Assembly (NCBI GenBank): GCA_030599585.1
Contig: JAUVNS010000002.1
Coordinates: 160,001-224,000, forward strand
DNA length: 64,000 bases
Source: Promethearchaeota archaeon
GTDB taxonomy: Archaea > Asgardarchaeota > Lokiarchaeia > Sigyniarchaeales > SOKP01
Reading direction: 5' to 3'
Positions 1-10,020 of the stretch are shown here, in pieces (the stretch's first letter is position 1; every line of letters starts with the position of its first letter). Position numbers and translations under genes: made by a program. The notes under the pieces were generated by a model that ran no database searches, was not told where the DNA came from, and worked only from the letters and a program-made list of their open reading frames with translations.

Positions 1-85
1 TTTGAATAGTTTGAACTCTCTTCCGATTATTTTCTTTTAATGTTTCACTTTCTCGTTGAAAAATTGTTAATTTAAATATATCCAC
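1..85 (-). CDS. Possible 5' end of a gene running off the window (MDIFKLTIFQRESETLKENNRKRVQTIQ...)
   Basis: GTG at 85 preceded by a GGTGA SD-like motif; frame open to the window edge; product unknown. Confidence 0.3.
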   Translation of the reverse strand, partial: MDIFKLTIFQRESETLKENNRKRVQTIQ

Positions 86-137
86 TCTTTTTCACCATTA
101 TTTTATTTTATTAAATTTTTGTTAGTTACACTACTCT

Positions 138-1499
138 TTAAAGGCATTTCTTTCGCGCCACATTCGCAGCGATAAGAATAGGATCCCAAACTGGAGCAAA
201 AGGAGGTGCGTAAGAAAGATCAAGCTTTTGAATATCTTCTATTTTCATTTTCGCTGCTAATGCTGTTGCTAAAACATCAATTTTCTTTCCACCTAACGGA
301 GAGGGAGCAGTAATCTCTGCTCCTAACAGTTGATGAGTTTTGACGTCAAATAATAAATATGTTGTCATTTTGAGTTTGAATTTATTTCCTCTATTTGGAT
401 AATAATGAGCGATTTCATTGCTTTCAATCAAAACTGAACCCGGATCATATCCCAATTCTTTTGCTTCTGTTTCTGTTATCCCCGTTTTTCCACAATATAA
501 ATCAAATACTTTCCAAACAGATGTTCCAACTACACCAGGAAATGGATCAACAGTATTACCTGCAATTACATTTCCAGCAATTCTTCCTTGTTTATTTGCA
601 GCTGGGGCAAGAGGGAAGAATACATTTCTTTTTAAAATTTGATGATAAACTGTTGAGCAATCACCAGCTGCAAAAACATTTTCAATATTAGTTTTCATGT
701 ACTCATCTACAATTATCGCACCATTCATCATTTTTAGTTTTGTACTTTTAAATATATCCGTATTCGGAATGACTCCTATAGAAATCTGTATAAAATCTGC
801 TTCTAAAGAATCGCCATCCTCAAAATTAACCCTTAATCGTTTGTCTGAAACAGCCTCTAGGTTTTTAGCGTACTTTCCGAGAATTACTTTGATTCCATTT
901 TTTTCAAGCTCTTTTTTAATATAATCTTGGCTTTTTGTCCGGAAAATCAGTCTGGGTCCAACTATAGTTAAATCATCAATACCTTGTGATTTATAGGCTT
1001 CGACCATTTCCAGATTAATATAACCCGCTCCAAGAAGAATTCCAGATTTTAGTCCACTGCTGCCTAAGTAATTTTTTACGTTATCAGCATCCTCAATAGT
1101 ATGTACATGAAAAATATGTTTATGTTTAAGAGTTATTTCCGGACGCATTTTGGGCTTACCACCAGTCGAAATTACCAAGTAATCATAGTCTTTCTCGAAG
1201 ATTTCATTAGTCTTAATATCTTTAACTTTAACTATTTTTGCATCAAAATTTACAGATAATACTTCTTGAAAAATGTGAACTGGAATGTTCCTTTTTTCTA
1301 AAAAAGCTTCCTTGGTAATAGTAATTAACTTGTCTCGATCTTCAACTATTCCACTTATATAATAAGGAAGACCACATGAACCATATGAAATGTAAGGGCC
1401 TTTTTCGTAAACATTAATTGTCCAATCGGGACGTGCTCTTCTTACTGCACTCGCAGCACTCAAACCAGCGGGATTTCCCCCTATTACAACTAATTTCAT
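138..1499 (-). CDS. cdr: CoA-disulfide reductase / NADH oxidase family flavoprotein
   Basis: VVIGGNPAG FAD motif, SYGSCGLPYY redox Cys, VFAAGDC, C-terminal LDLSYAPPFAPVWDP. Confidence 0.88.
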   Translation of the reverse strand: MKLVVIGGNPAGLSAASAVRRARPDWTINVYEKGPYISYGSCGLPYYISGIVEDRDKLITITKEAFLEKRNIPVHIFQEVLSVNFDAKIVKVKDIKTNEIFEKDYDYLVISTGGKPKMRPEITLKHKHIFHVHTIEDADNVKNYLGSSGLKSGILLGAGYINLEMVEAYKSQGIDDLTIVGPRLIFRTKSQDYIKKELEKNGIKVILGKYAKNLEAVSDKRLRVNFEDGDSLEADFIQISIGVIPNTDIFKSTKLKMMNGAIIVDEYMKTNIENVFAAGDCSTVYHQILKRNVFFPLAPAANKQGRIAGNVIAGNTVDPFPGVVGTSVWKVFDLYCGKTGITETEAKELGYDPGSVLIESNEIAHYYPNRGNKFKLKMTTYLLFDVKTHQLLGAEITAPSPLGGKKIDVLATALAAKMKIEDIQKLDLSYAPPFAPVWDPILIAANVARKKCL

Positions 1500-1587
1500 C
1501 GATTTTTACGCACTCAATGTTTTAAATTTATAAAAAAACAAATGATTGATTTTATTAAAACCTAAACGTATATCTTTAAAATCGAAC

Positions 1588-2178
1588 CTAGTTGCTTTCA
1601 AATCGTTTTATTTTAAAATGGCGAGTTAAATGGAAAAATAGTCCTACAAAATAAAGGGTTGTAATATAAATAAACTGAAAGGCAAACAAGATCGCAAATA
1701 CCACCATAAGTATGAATAGAATTGCTTCGATTCCCAAACTCACCTTGCTACTATAATACTTTGAATCGAAAAAAGATTCTGCTTTTTTGAATTTTGCCAA
1801 ATATTTAGGTAGGTTTTCAAATTCCTCCTTAGATATTAACAATTTTAAACCAATTTGTTTTTTTTGAAAATAGAAAAAGTTAGTACCCCAATCAAATGTA
1901 TCTATAATAACATGGATTGAATATATTGTACCACTAAAAGCTAGGACTGGCCAATTAATAATTATTCCAAACAATAACATAAGAAATCCAGGAATTATTG
2001 AATGAGAAATAAGCATCCTGTGATTGTGATTTATCGCATATTTAGCAAACAATACATCAAGATCGCAAATAAAGGAAAATAAAACGATAAAAGAGAATTC
2101 AAATAAAGAAAAGCTGTAGAAATAGTTTAAAATTGAAGCAAATATTACACCTGCGGCAAAATGACTGTTTATGTGCAT
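1588..2178 (-). CDS. Membrane-bound metal-dependent hydrolase (YdjM-like)
   Basis: N-terminal SH, CDLD, HRMLISHS and HVIID motifs; several TM segments. Confidence 0.7.
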   Translation of the reverse strand: MHINSHFAAGVIFASILNYFYSFSLFEFSFIVLFSFICDLDVLFAKYAINHNHRMLISHSIIPGFLMLLFGIIINWPVLAFSGTIYSIHVIIDTFDWGTNFFYFQKKQIGLKLLISKEEFENLPKYLAKFKKAESFFDSKYYSSKVSLGIEAILFILMVVFAILFAFQFIYITTLYFVGLFFHLTRHFKIKRFESN

Positions 2179-2198
2179 TATTTCTACCTAAAAAGGAT

Positions 2199-3179
2199 TT
2201 AATTAATATAATTTTTACTTGCTACTCTATTTAAAATTCTTTTTCTTGCTTCAAACCCCTTTGGGCCCTTCTTTTCGACCAGGAAAGATGCTGCTGCTGA
2301 AGCTAAATGAGCGCTTTTTTCTATCTCTTCCCAACTCATATCAGAATTTAGCAATTCATATAAAAATATTGTTAAATAGACATCTCCTGCTCCTGTTTCA
2401 TCTAACACTCTTTTTGGTTTGTAAGCGGGTATTTTTAAAAGTTTTTCACCATTTTTTAAGATAAGTGATCCTGCCTCTCCCATTGTCATAATGAAGATTG
2501 CTTTGTTCCTAAATTTCTTGAAGTAATCCATTATTTTTGGATGTTCTTCATAGTTTGATAATAATTTCATCTCAACTTCAGATCCCTTAAGAATTAATCT
2601 ATCTCCAATCAAATTAATTATTGCTATCATATTTGAGATAATACCTTCATCTCTAATATACGAGACTTTCCCGTCGTCATCAATATATCTAATAAATCCT
2701 TGCAAATCAATTCCAATATATGTATTTGGGAACTTTTTTACTATTTTTGAAACATATTCAAAAGAAATTTCGTTACACAGAGGTGCTAATACTAGAATAC
2801 TAGGAGGAGTTGACAATATTTTTTCTGGAATATCTTCAAATTTTAGTTTGGGACTGCAGGATTTAAGAGTTAAACTCCTCGAATGATTTGAATAATTTAA
2901 TTCAAAATTGGTGTTATCAGTTTCGAAAGTTTTTACACCACTGAAATCAATACTTTTATCGTTAAAATGTTTTAGTAAAGATTTATTAAAATTTTGAAGT
3001 CCTAAATTAGAGATGACGCTAATTTTTGTTGATTTTGTGTAAGTTTTAAGAGCAAGGGAGCCAAAAGTCACAGTCCCACCCAAGGATGGATTTCTTTTTT
3101 GTTTAAACCGAATTATCGTATCAATTGCATGATGTCCAATGAATAAAAATGATACGTATTCTTTCTTACCAATAGCCAT
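2199..3179 (-). CDS. PfkB/ribokinase-family carbohydrate kinase
   Basis: SLGGTV near the N-terminus, TMGEAGS, DETGAGDVY signature. Confidence 0.85.
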   Translation of the reverse strand: MAIGKKEYVSFLFIGHHAIDTIIRFKQKRNPSLGGTVTFGSLALKTYTKSTKISVISNLGLQNFNKSLLKHFNDKSIDFSGVKTFETDNTNFELNYSNHSRSLTLKSCSPKLKFEDIPEKILSTPPSILVLAPLCNEISFEYVSKIVKKFPNTYIGIDLQGFIRYIDDDGKVSYIRDEGIISNMIAIINLIGDRLILKGSEVEMKLLSNYEEHPKIMDYFKKFRNKAIFIMTMGEAGSLILKNGEKLLKIPAYKPKRVLDETGAGDVYLTIFLYELLNSDMSWEEIEKSAHLASAAASFLVEKKGPKGFEARKRILNRVASKNYIN

Positions 3180-3277
3180 CTATTCTTCATGTAATATCTT
3201 ATTATTCATAAAACTTACTTAATAAAAAGTGTTCAGAGAACTGAATAGTTTCTACGTGAAAAAGTTTTTCAATTTTT

Positions 3278-4348
3278 TTAAAGGAGGTTAACTTTCAAAT
3301 CAGTAATTTCTTTTTCCTTTTCAGAAAGCGTTGTTTTTAACTTGTTTATGTTCTTCTGTAAATTTTCAACTAATCCCGCCATAGAGTTGCCCGGATCTGA
3401 AGTAGGAGATATTGCCGATAACTTTAAATCAGAAATCATGCTTTCCTTCTCCCTGACTTTGTTTTCAAGATTTTTAATTTTCTGTTCATATTCTTCAGAA
3501 CTAACAATTGGTGCTTTTTTCTTACTACTACTGAGAGAATTTTGTAATTCTGCAAGTTGTTTCTTAAGTAATTCGTTTTCTTTTTCTAGAGGTTCAAATT
3601 CATTATTCGTAAGATTAATATCCTTTCCTTCTAACGCACTTTTTAATTCGTTCTTTTCTTTCTTTAAATTTTCGACAATGCGTTTGTATTTAGTCAAATC
3701 TGATTGAAGATCTTGACATAAAGTTTCAAGAGGTTGAGTAGAAGTCTCCGGAGGCATAGGTTTAATTACTTTTTGTTCAGGAGCACTCGCTTGGACTACA
3801 AAGTCGACGGGTTTGCTTTTTAATTCTTCCTCGTAGTTTTGGGTTACTTGTTCTACTTTTTTTGATAATTCTGTCGTCTTACGCTCTAGATTTTTTATGA
3901 TTATATCCCTTTTCGATATCTCCGATTTCAATTCCTCAATAATTCCATTTTCTGCAATAGAACTCCTTCCAGTTTGTGTAGTTGCTTGAGATTGTAAATT
4001 TGAGATTAAATTATCTTTTGATTTTATTTCCGCATCCTTCTCTAATAATAACATTACCATGCTTTTAACTTTGTTTCCCAATTCTGAATTTTCTTGCTTT
4101 AGTTTATTTAATTGCATAGCAATTTCTGCTACAGCTTCGTCTTTTTCAATTTTAAGCTTTTCTTTTTCTCCAACTGCTTTTTTAAGAATTTCCTCAGATT
4201 TAGTAATTAAATTTATGTTCGCAGCAATTTTATTTCGTAATTGTTCGTTCTCTTTTTGGATATCTCCAATTATGGAGGGTGTGTTCTCTGTTGCTAATTT
4301 CTTTTTCCATAAAGAGATAAAATCTTCAGTTTTTTTTTCTTCTGACAT
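3278..4348 (-). CDS. Long coiled-coil hypothetical protein
   Basis: K/E/L heptad-rich segments broken by S/T/P linkers; ATG at 4348 (MSEEKK) preferred to the upstream TTG at 4390. Confidence 0.75.
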   Translation of the reverse strand: MSEEKKTEDFISLWKKKLATENTPSIIGDIQKENEQLRNKIAANINLITKSEEILKKAVGEKEKLKIEKDEAVAEIAMQLNKLKQENSELGNKVKSMVMLLLEKDAEIKSKDNLISNLQSQATTQTGRSSIAENGIIEELKSEISKRDIIIKNLERKTTELSKKVEQVTQNYEEELKSKPVDFVVQASAPEQKVIKPMPPETSTQPLETLCQDLQSDLTKYKRIVENLKKEKNELKSALEGKDINLTNNEFEPLEKENELLKKQLAELQNSLSSSKKKAPIVSSEEYEQKIKNLENKVREKESMISDLKLSAISPTSDPGNSMAGLVENLQKNINKLKTTLSEKEKEITDLKVNLL

Positions 4349-4427
4349 AGTCCATTTAAAACATATATTATTATTATTTAAATCAATCAAAGAATAATTA
4401 TTTTATTATAATACCGGAGAAATATTC

Positions 4428-5327
4428 CTAAATTATAACCGAATTTTCGAGTTTTAAAACTCCCGAAAAATAACCAACACAATATCCATATCCGCCCTTA
4501 ATATCGCTACTAGTATAATATTTTAACAATTCACCTTTATTTGCGTTTAATTTTTTACAAATTAACATTAAAGTCGTTATTGTTTGGGCTCCGCATACGG
4601 TTGTTTTTGAAGCAGCTGAAAGAGTCTTTTGGGGATTTAATTCTACAAAAGCATCAATAACATCTTGATCAAATTTTTTAAACTCACTTAATTGATTTGT
4701 ATCAAAAACCTCTTTATGTGACATATCAGACGATGCTACAATAACAATATCTTTATTTAACGCCTTAATTGATGCAGAAATATCAGAGGCTATTTTTTCA
4801 AATACGGCATAATCCCTTCTAATTCCAATTTTTAGTGTTACTATCTTTACATCTTTCTCTTTAGCACAATATTTAATGAAAGGTAACTGAATTTCAATAT
4901 TATGTTCTTGTTCCATGAAGCCGGTGAAAGCAGAACGATCTTCAACAATAATTTCACTGGTATCTAAAATCTTTTTAGACAATTCATCGTCAATTAGTAA
5001 GTTTCCTAAAGGTGTTTCCCAAGCTCCATCCCCTAATAGGGCCACTTTTCCATAGCCAACATGGTCAGTTCCCAAAACAATAACAGTATCTGGGATTTTT
5101 TCTTTAAAGAGATTCAAGTAAGTGTAAGCTGCACATCTTCCAGAAAAGGCGTATCCTGCGTGAGGAGAAACTCCACCAATTATAGTTCTTGTATCTTGAT
5201 TTAATGTTTCAGGTAACAAACCGGGCCCAAATTCACGTTCAGAAAAATTATATTCTAAATCTCTAATTAAATCTTCACGATTTTTAGGATACCAACTGCC
5301 TGCGTGTGATGCTTTTCTTATTTCCAT
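4428..5327 (-). CDS. MEMO1 family protein (AmmeMemoRadiSam protein B)
   Basis: HAGSWYP, SPHAGYAFSG, WETPLG, EHNIEIQLPF, ASSDMSH, CG motifs; GGTGA SD upstream. Confidence 0.92.
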   Translation of the reverse strand: MEIRKASHAGSWYPKNREDLIRDLEYNFSEREFGPGLLPETLNQDTRTIIGGVSPHAGYAFSGRCAAYTYLNLFKEKIPDTVIVLGTDHVGYGKVALLGDGAWETPLGNLLIDDELSKKILDTSEIIVEDRSAFTGFMEQEHNIEIQLPFIKYCAKEKDVKIVTLKIGIRRDYAVFEKIASDISASIKALNKDIVIVASSDMSHKEVFDTNQLSEFKKFDQDVIDAFVELNPQKTLSAASKTTVCGAQTITTLMLICKKLNANKGELLKYYTSSDIKGGYGYCVGYFSGVLKLENSVII

Positions 5328-5433
5328 TTTCTCACCTTGTTATAAATAACATTTGTTTAAAAATTTATATACTTTCATCTGGTGGAAACCAAATTGAAAG
5401 AATTATTAAACAATTTTTAATAGATCTTATTAG

Positions 5434-6036
5434 ATGACTGACGAAAAAGAACCTCCTATTTCACTAGAAGATATTGACGAAAAGGATATCCCAGAAAGAA
5501 TACCAACGACATATTTAAACAACCGCGTGATTGTTTTTAACCCCCTCTTTGCCTCGTATTTATATGTTAAAATGAAATTTTTTGGGTCTCCTTTGGGGAT
5601 AAGTAAACCCCGTTTAGAGTATTTTTCTAAACCATCAGAGTTGTCCTTAATCGAAGCCCTATTTTTGCTGAAAAATGATAAAATCACAATATTTGACCCA
5701 AAACTAGATAAGAATTACTCTTATGACGAATTTTATGATATTTGTAAAAAAATTCACCATAAATTTGAAGAGAAGTTCGTAATTTACCAAGATTTAAGGC
5801 ACAAAGGCTATATTCCTCGTCCAGGACTTAAGTTTGGAGCCGATTTCGTAGTATATAAAAAAGGTCCTGGACTAGAACATTCACCATTTATTGCACACGT
5901 ATTACCGAGTGATAGCAAGATTACAGCTATTGATATGGTTCGAGCTGGAAGATTGGCTACATCGGTTCGGAAGAAATTTGTCATCGCCAACCCTCTAACC
6001 ATGAGTTACTACTTCTTTGAATGGTTTAAACCTTAG
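5434..6036 (+). CDS. endA: tRNA-splicing endonuclease, single catalytic unit
   Basis: LSLIEALFL, YQDLRHKGY, GLKFGADFVVY, HS, RLATSVRKK (Y/H/K catalytic triad present). Confidence 0.93.
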   Translation: MTDEKEPPISLEDIDEKDIPERIPTTYLNNRVIVFNPLFASYLYVKMKFFGSPLGISKPRLEYFSKPSELSLIEALFLLKNDKITIFDPKLDKNYSYDEFYDICKKIHHKFEEKFVIYQDLRHKGYIPRPGLKFGADFVVYKKGPGLEHSPFIAHVLPSDSKITAIDMVRAGRLATSVRKKFVIANPLTMSYYFFEWFKP

Positions 6037-6112
6037 ATAGGATTTTTTACTTTTTGATAAGAAGTAGTTGTTTATGGAAAACTTTTACTTTAAGGATTAG
6101 CTATTTAATATT

Positions 6113-8098
6113 ATGGCTAATGATGTAGTATTAGCATTGGTTCTTGGAGTAATTTTTGGGTGTGTATTTTTCATTGTAGATATATATAATGAAAATAAAA
6201 CCAAAGAGATAAATACATCACTTATTGCTGGTGTAACGATTACGTATTTTTTTATCATATTATTACCTGAAATAAACTCGGGTTTGGCAGAACTTTCATT
6301 TGGATTGTATAAATTTATAGGTATTCTAATTGGGTTTTCTTCTATTCATCTTACCGAAAAATTTATATTGTTAAGAGTAGAGCAAAAATCTCAATTAAAA
6401 TTGAAGGAAATATTTAAAGAAGAAGCCGAAATAATCGAAAAAGAAAAAGAGTTTGAGAAATCTTTAATAAATAAATTAGTGGAGCCCAACAAAGATAATC
6501 AAACAGTTGAGAATTTGGTCGAAAAATTATATGCATTAGAAGAAATAAATAAAATCCAAGAAATATGGGTTAAAGAAGAACAGAGATTAAAGGAGAAAAT
6601 CTACAAAGCCGACCTTGAAAAACTCTCCTATTTAAATATTCTCTCGGCAACAAAAGAAGTAAGTAACGTACAAAAATTATGTGCAGAAGAAGAAAGGATG
6701 CTTGAGAGTTCTTTACTGAAACATTTATTGAAAAAAAACCATGAAAATCCTGCCTATAATCTTTTAACCAAAAAATTGCAGATGATTGCAGAAATACGGC
6801 AAAAAAATATAGAATTTGGTGAAAAAGCTGACAACCTGATAGCAGTTTTAATAACAAGTTTAATGGCAGATAAACGAGATAAAATTTCAAAAGAAAAATT
6901 TCTTGAAAAACTGAATACAATAGATAACATACATCAAATACTAGATGCAGGTTTAAAGGCTGAAAAAGAAATCGGTAAAGTAAAAATTGGAGATACACGT
7001 GTTCAACAATCAGAAAAGAGAGCAACCAAACATTTATATGCCTTAGAAGTGTTAAGAAAAATTCAAGAAGCATGTATAGAAAAAGAAAAAAGACTTCAGC
7101 ATGAATTAATGGAAATTGGGCATAACCGGCTTTCGCTTCTAAATAAATTTTCAGCCTTAAAAGAGATAAGTAGAATTAGGTTGAAATGTGTAAAAGAAGA
7201 AATGAATCTTGAGAAAAAACTAATTAAGAAAGACCAGGATATTTTTTCAAAGAAACATTTAATCGAAAAACTAAATTCATTAAAGGAAATAAGTAGAACC
7301 CTAGAAGAAACATTATTAAAAGAGAGAATTCTTATGAATTCATTGATCCATAAACTAATGAAGAATGATGAACACGACAAACTTTCGATAAAAGAATTAA
7401 ATGAAAAAATATCTGAGTTAGGAGAACTACATAAAATCCAAGAAGATCGTGTTGACCAGGAAAGAAACATCGAGAGATCTATAATTTTTAGTATATCAAG
7501 AGATGATGGTGAAAGATTTTCATTACAAGAATTAGCCATGAAATTAGATACATTCTGTCAGCGTGAAGAAGAACTTGAAATACAAGATTATAATTTAAAA
7601 GTTAAGATACAAAACCGTATAAACGAGCATTTAGATGAACTTCACGGCTACACCAATTTTGTTTATCATTTAATTATTGGAATCATACTTTTCGAACTGC
7701 TAACATTTGATTTTATTACTGCAATTATGTTTTTTATTTTTGCACTATTCAAAGCGTTGACATCAAAAACATCAAATGATATTCAACTCTTTCCCGATAT
7801 AGAAGTAAATGAAGAACATAATATCCGACTTTATCAAAAGATCATAATAGCATCCGCTGGTTTAATAGGAATTTTTATTGGTTTAATGTTAAACGTTGTG
7901 TTTAACCTTCCAATGGAAATAATATTTGTGTTGTTTTCATTCATTTCAGGAGTCATCCTCTACACAATTATTAGAGAAGTTTTACCCGAAAACGAAAGCG
8001 GACGACCTCTCTATTTCTTATTAGGCATAGTCTTATTCTTAATAATAATAATTACATTCCAATCCGTTTTTTCTTTATTTACTCCTCCTGGTCTTTAA
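6113..8098 (+). CDS. ZIP-like metal transporter with a large helical-repeat insertion
   Basis: N-terminal 3 TM (SLIAGVTITYFFIILLPEI; GFSSIHLTEK) and C-terminal TMs (HGYTNFVYH; SGVILYTIIREVLPE) separated by ~420 charged residues. Confidence 0.7.
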   Translation: MANDVVLALVLGVIFGCVFFIVDIYNENKTKEINTSLIAGVTITYFFIILLPEINSGLAELSFGLYKFIGILIGFSSIHLTEKFILLRVEQKSQLKLKEIFKEEAEIIEKEKEFEKSLINKLVEPNKDNQTVENLVEKLYALEEINKIQEIWVKEEQRLKEKIYKADLEKLSYLNILSATKEVSNVQKLCAEEERMLESSLLKHLLKKNHENPAYNLLTKKLQMIAEIRQKNIEFGEKADNLIAVLITSLMADKRDKISKEKFLEKLNTIDNIHQILDAGLKAEKEIGKVKIGDTRVQQSEKRATKHLYALEVLRKIQEACIEKEKRLQHELMEIGHNRLSLLNKFSALKEISRIRLKCVKEEMNLEKKLIKKDQDIFSKKHLIEKLNSLKEISRTLEETLLKERILMNSLIHKLMKNDEHDKLSIKELNEKISELGELHKIQEDRVDQERNIERSIIFSISRDDGERFSLQELAMKLDTFCQREEELEIQDYNLKVKIQNRINEHLDELHGYTNFVYHLIIGIILFELLTFDFITAIMFFIFALFKALTSKTSNDIQLFPDIEVNEEHNIRLYQKIIIASAGLIGIFIGLMLNVVFNLPMEIIFVLFSFISGVILYTIIREVLPENESGRPLYFLLGIVLFLIIIITFQSVFSLFTPPGL

Positions 8099-8268
8099 CA
8101 GAGGAAAAAATTAAAAGAATTAAACCATATATCCTGTTTACAAGACTTCTTGTTATATTCTCTTGTGAATAAAAGTAATAAACACTTTAAAAATTAATAA
8201 TTTATAGTATCTATAATGTAAAATTTTCTTTAATATTAGAAAATCAAAAATTAAAGGTAAAATTTTAT

Positions 8269-8913
8269 CTACTGATATAATAAAACTCGGATTAAATCCG
8301 CAATATCGTGTACCCTATCTGCCATTTGTTCTAAAAGAACAATCGAATCTCTAACCCTTAATAATGTTCTTAAGTCTTCAACATTAGTATATATGAATTC
8401 AAGAAATTGCCTGTATGTTTTATCTATCTTTGATTCAAGCTCGTGAATAGAAGTAGTGTTCTCAAAGACTATATCTGGCTGATCTCTCAAATGTTTTATA
8501 GTGGTTTTTAAAATATCAACCATCTCAATTATCTCGTTCAATAATTTATGGTATCTCTTTTTAATTTCCTTTTCTTTTTTTTCTTTTAGGTTGATATTCC
8601 CTAACATATCGACAAATTCGAGGGGGTAATTTATAATATTATCCATCCTCAAAACTAAATTTACGTAAGCCCCCATCTTAAATGCTTGTGCTTCGGAAAA
8701 ATTTTGAATGAGACGAATTTTTAATTCATCGCCTTCTTCTTCAGATAGTTGCATCTTAACCTTTTTCTTTTCCAAGGTTTTTTTATTATTCTCGAAATCT
8801 TCGGCCCACGAAGTGTAATATACAGCCATATCACCTGTGACGCTATATATTATTCTTGAATGTTCTATGAGTAATGTTATTATTTCTTCTCTTACTTTTC
8901 TGAGGGATGACAT
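8269..8913 (-). CDS. DUF47/PhoU-like phosphate transport regulator
   Basis: SEEEGDELK, IHELESKID, LEQMADRVHDIAD duplicated helical motifs; start taken at MSSLRK. Confidence 0.85.
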   Translation of the reverse strand: MSSLRKVREEIITLLIEHSRIIYSVTGDMAVYYTSWAEDFENNKKTLEKKKVKMQLSEEEGDELKIRLIQNFSEAQAFKMGAYVNLVLRMDNIINYPLEFVDMLGNINLKEKKEKEIKKRYHKLLNEIIEMVDILKTTIKHLRDQPDIVFENTTSIHELESKIDKTYRQFLEFIYTNVEDLRTLLRVRDSIVLLEQMADRVHDIADLIRVLLYQ

Positions 8914-9128
8914 TTTGAAAATCACTAAATTTTATATATCTAAGAATATAATATGATTAAATAAATAAAAATCATCAGTTTTTAACATTATCTAACTCAA
9001 AAAGATTATTAGCTTCAAGTATTTATAAATATTATAAGGGAGTATACACCTTATCTTTAAAAATTAGATTAATTTACACAATAGAACTATATTTTGAAAA
9101 AGAATTATAACGGTGTTTTTTAACAACA

Positions 9129-9905
9129 ATGCAATTAAAATCTTTAATTAAAAAGTGGCGCAAATATTCTGAACTATCAAATTTAGGAATAATAGTTCGT
9201 CGAAAATTCTTTAACAACGCCTTTGATGGGGCGCTTACTATTGCGGGCATAGTTAGTGGAAGTTTTATTATATTTCTTTCAAATCCAGCTCAAATTCTAA
9301 GTTCAGCCATTATTATAATAACGGGTTTTTCCACTGCTGTAGCAATTGGCATTAGTGGTTTATGGGGGGCTTTTCTTTCTGAAGAAGCCGAAAGAAAGAA
9401 AAAAATGACTGATTTAAAAAAAGATATGGTAATTTTTGAAGAAGATGAGAAAGGCAAAACAAATTTTAAAGAGATTGATTGTCTAAATAACGATGAGAAA
9501 GAAATTTTAGAAGAACAAGAGATTCAAAAAGCAATGATAACCCCCATAAATTTAAATCACTCTAATAATAAAAATTCTTTAAAGGAAAATAAAAATAAAA
9601 AAAATAATGCATCAATAATCGAACAATCTGAAAGATTTGCCACCATTATCGCATCTTTAGTCGACGGGGGAGCTCCTGTTTTAGGATCGGTACTTCCTTT
9701 GATTCCGTTTTTCTTTGGAGATACATTATCTTTATTTCATTTCATAATTTCTTATGGAGTTTTAATATCTATATTGATTTATTTAGGTATTTTTTTAGGA
9801 AAAATCTCTGGCGGGGGTCATGTTAAGTACGCAATGCATTTAGTTACAGCGGGTGTTGTGACATTACTAGTTTCTCTAATGTTACAATTAGTAATTCCTA
9901 CTTAA
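9129..9905 (+). CDS. VIT1/CCC1-family transporter (paralog 1)
   Basis: RRKFFNNAFDGALT, SGLWGAFLSEEAE, PLIPFF. Confidence 0.85.
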   Translation: MQLKSLIKKWRKYSELSNLGIIVRRKFFNNAFDGALTIAGIVSGSFIIFLSNPAQILSSAIIIITGFSTAVAIGISGLWGAFLSEEAERKKKMTDLKKDMVIFEEDEKGKTNFKEIDCLNNDEKEILEEQEIQKAMITPINLNHSNNKNSLKENKNKKNNASIIEQSERFATIIASLVDGGAPVLGSVLPLIPFFFGDTLSLFHFIISYGVLISILIYLGIFLGKISGGGHVKYAMHLVTAGVVTLLVSLMLQLVIPT

Positions 9906-10020
9906 TTTAGCCTTCATCTATAACAAAATATCAAAAAGTTGTGAATAGAAAAAATATTTCGAAAAAACTTAACAAAAAAATCATAAAAATTAGCTTAAAT
10001 CTTATTAAAGTTAAAATAGA

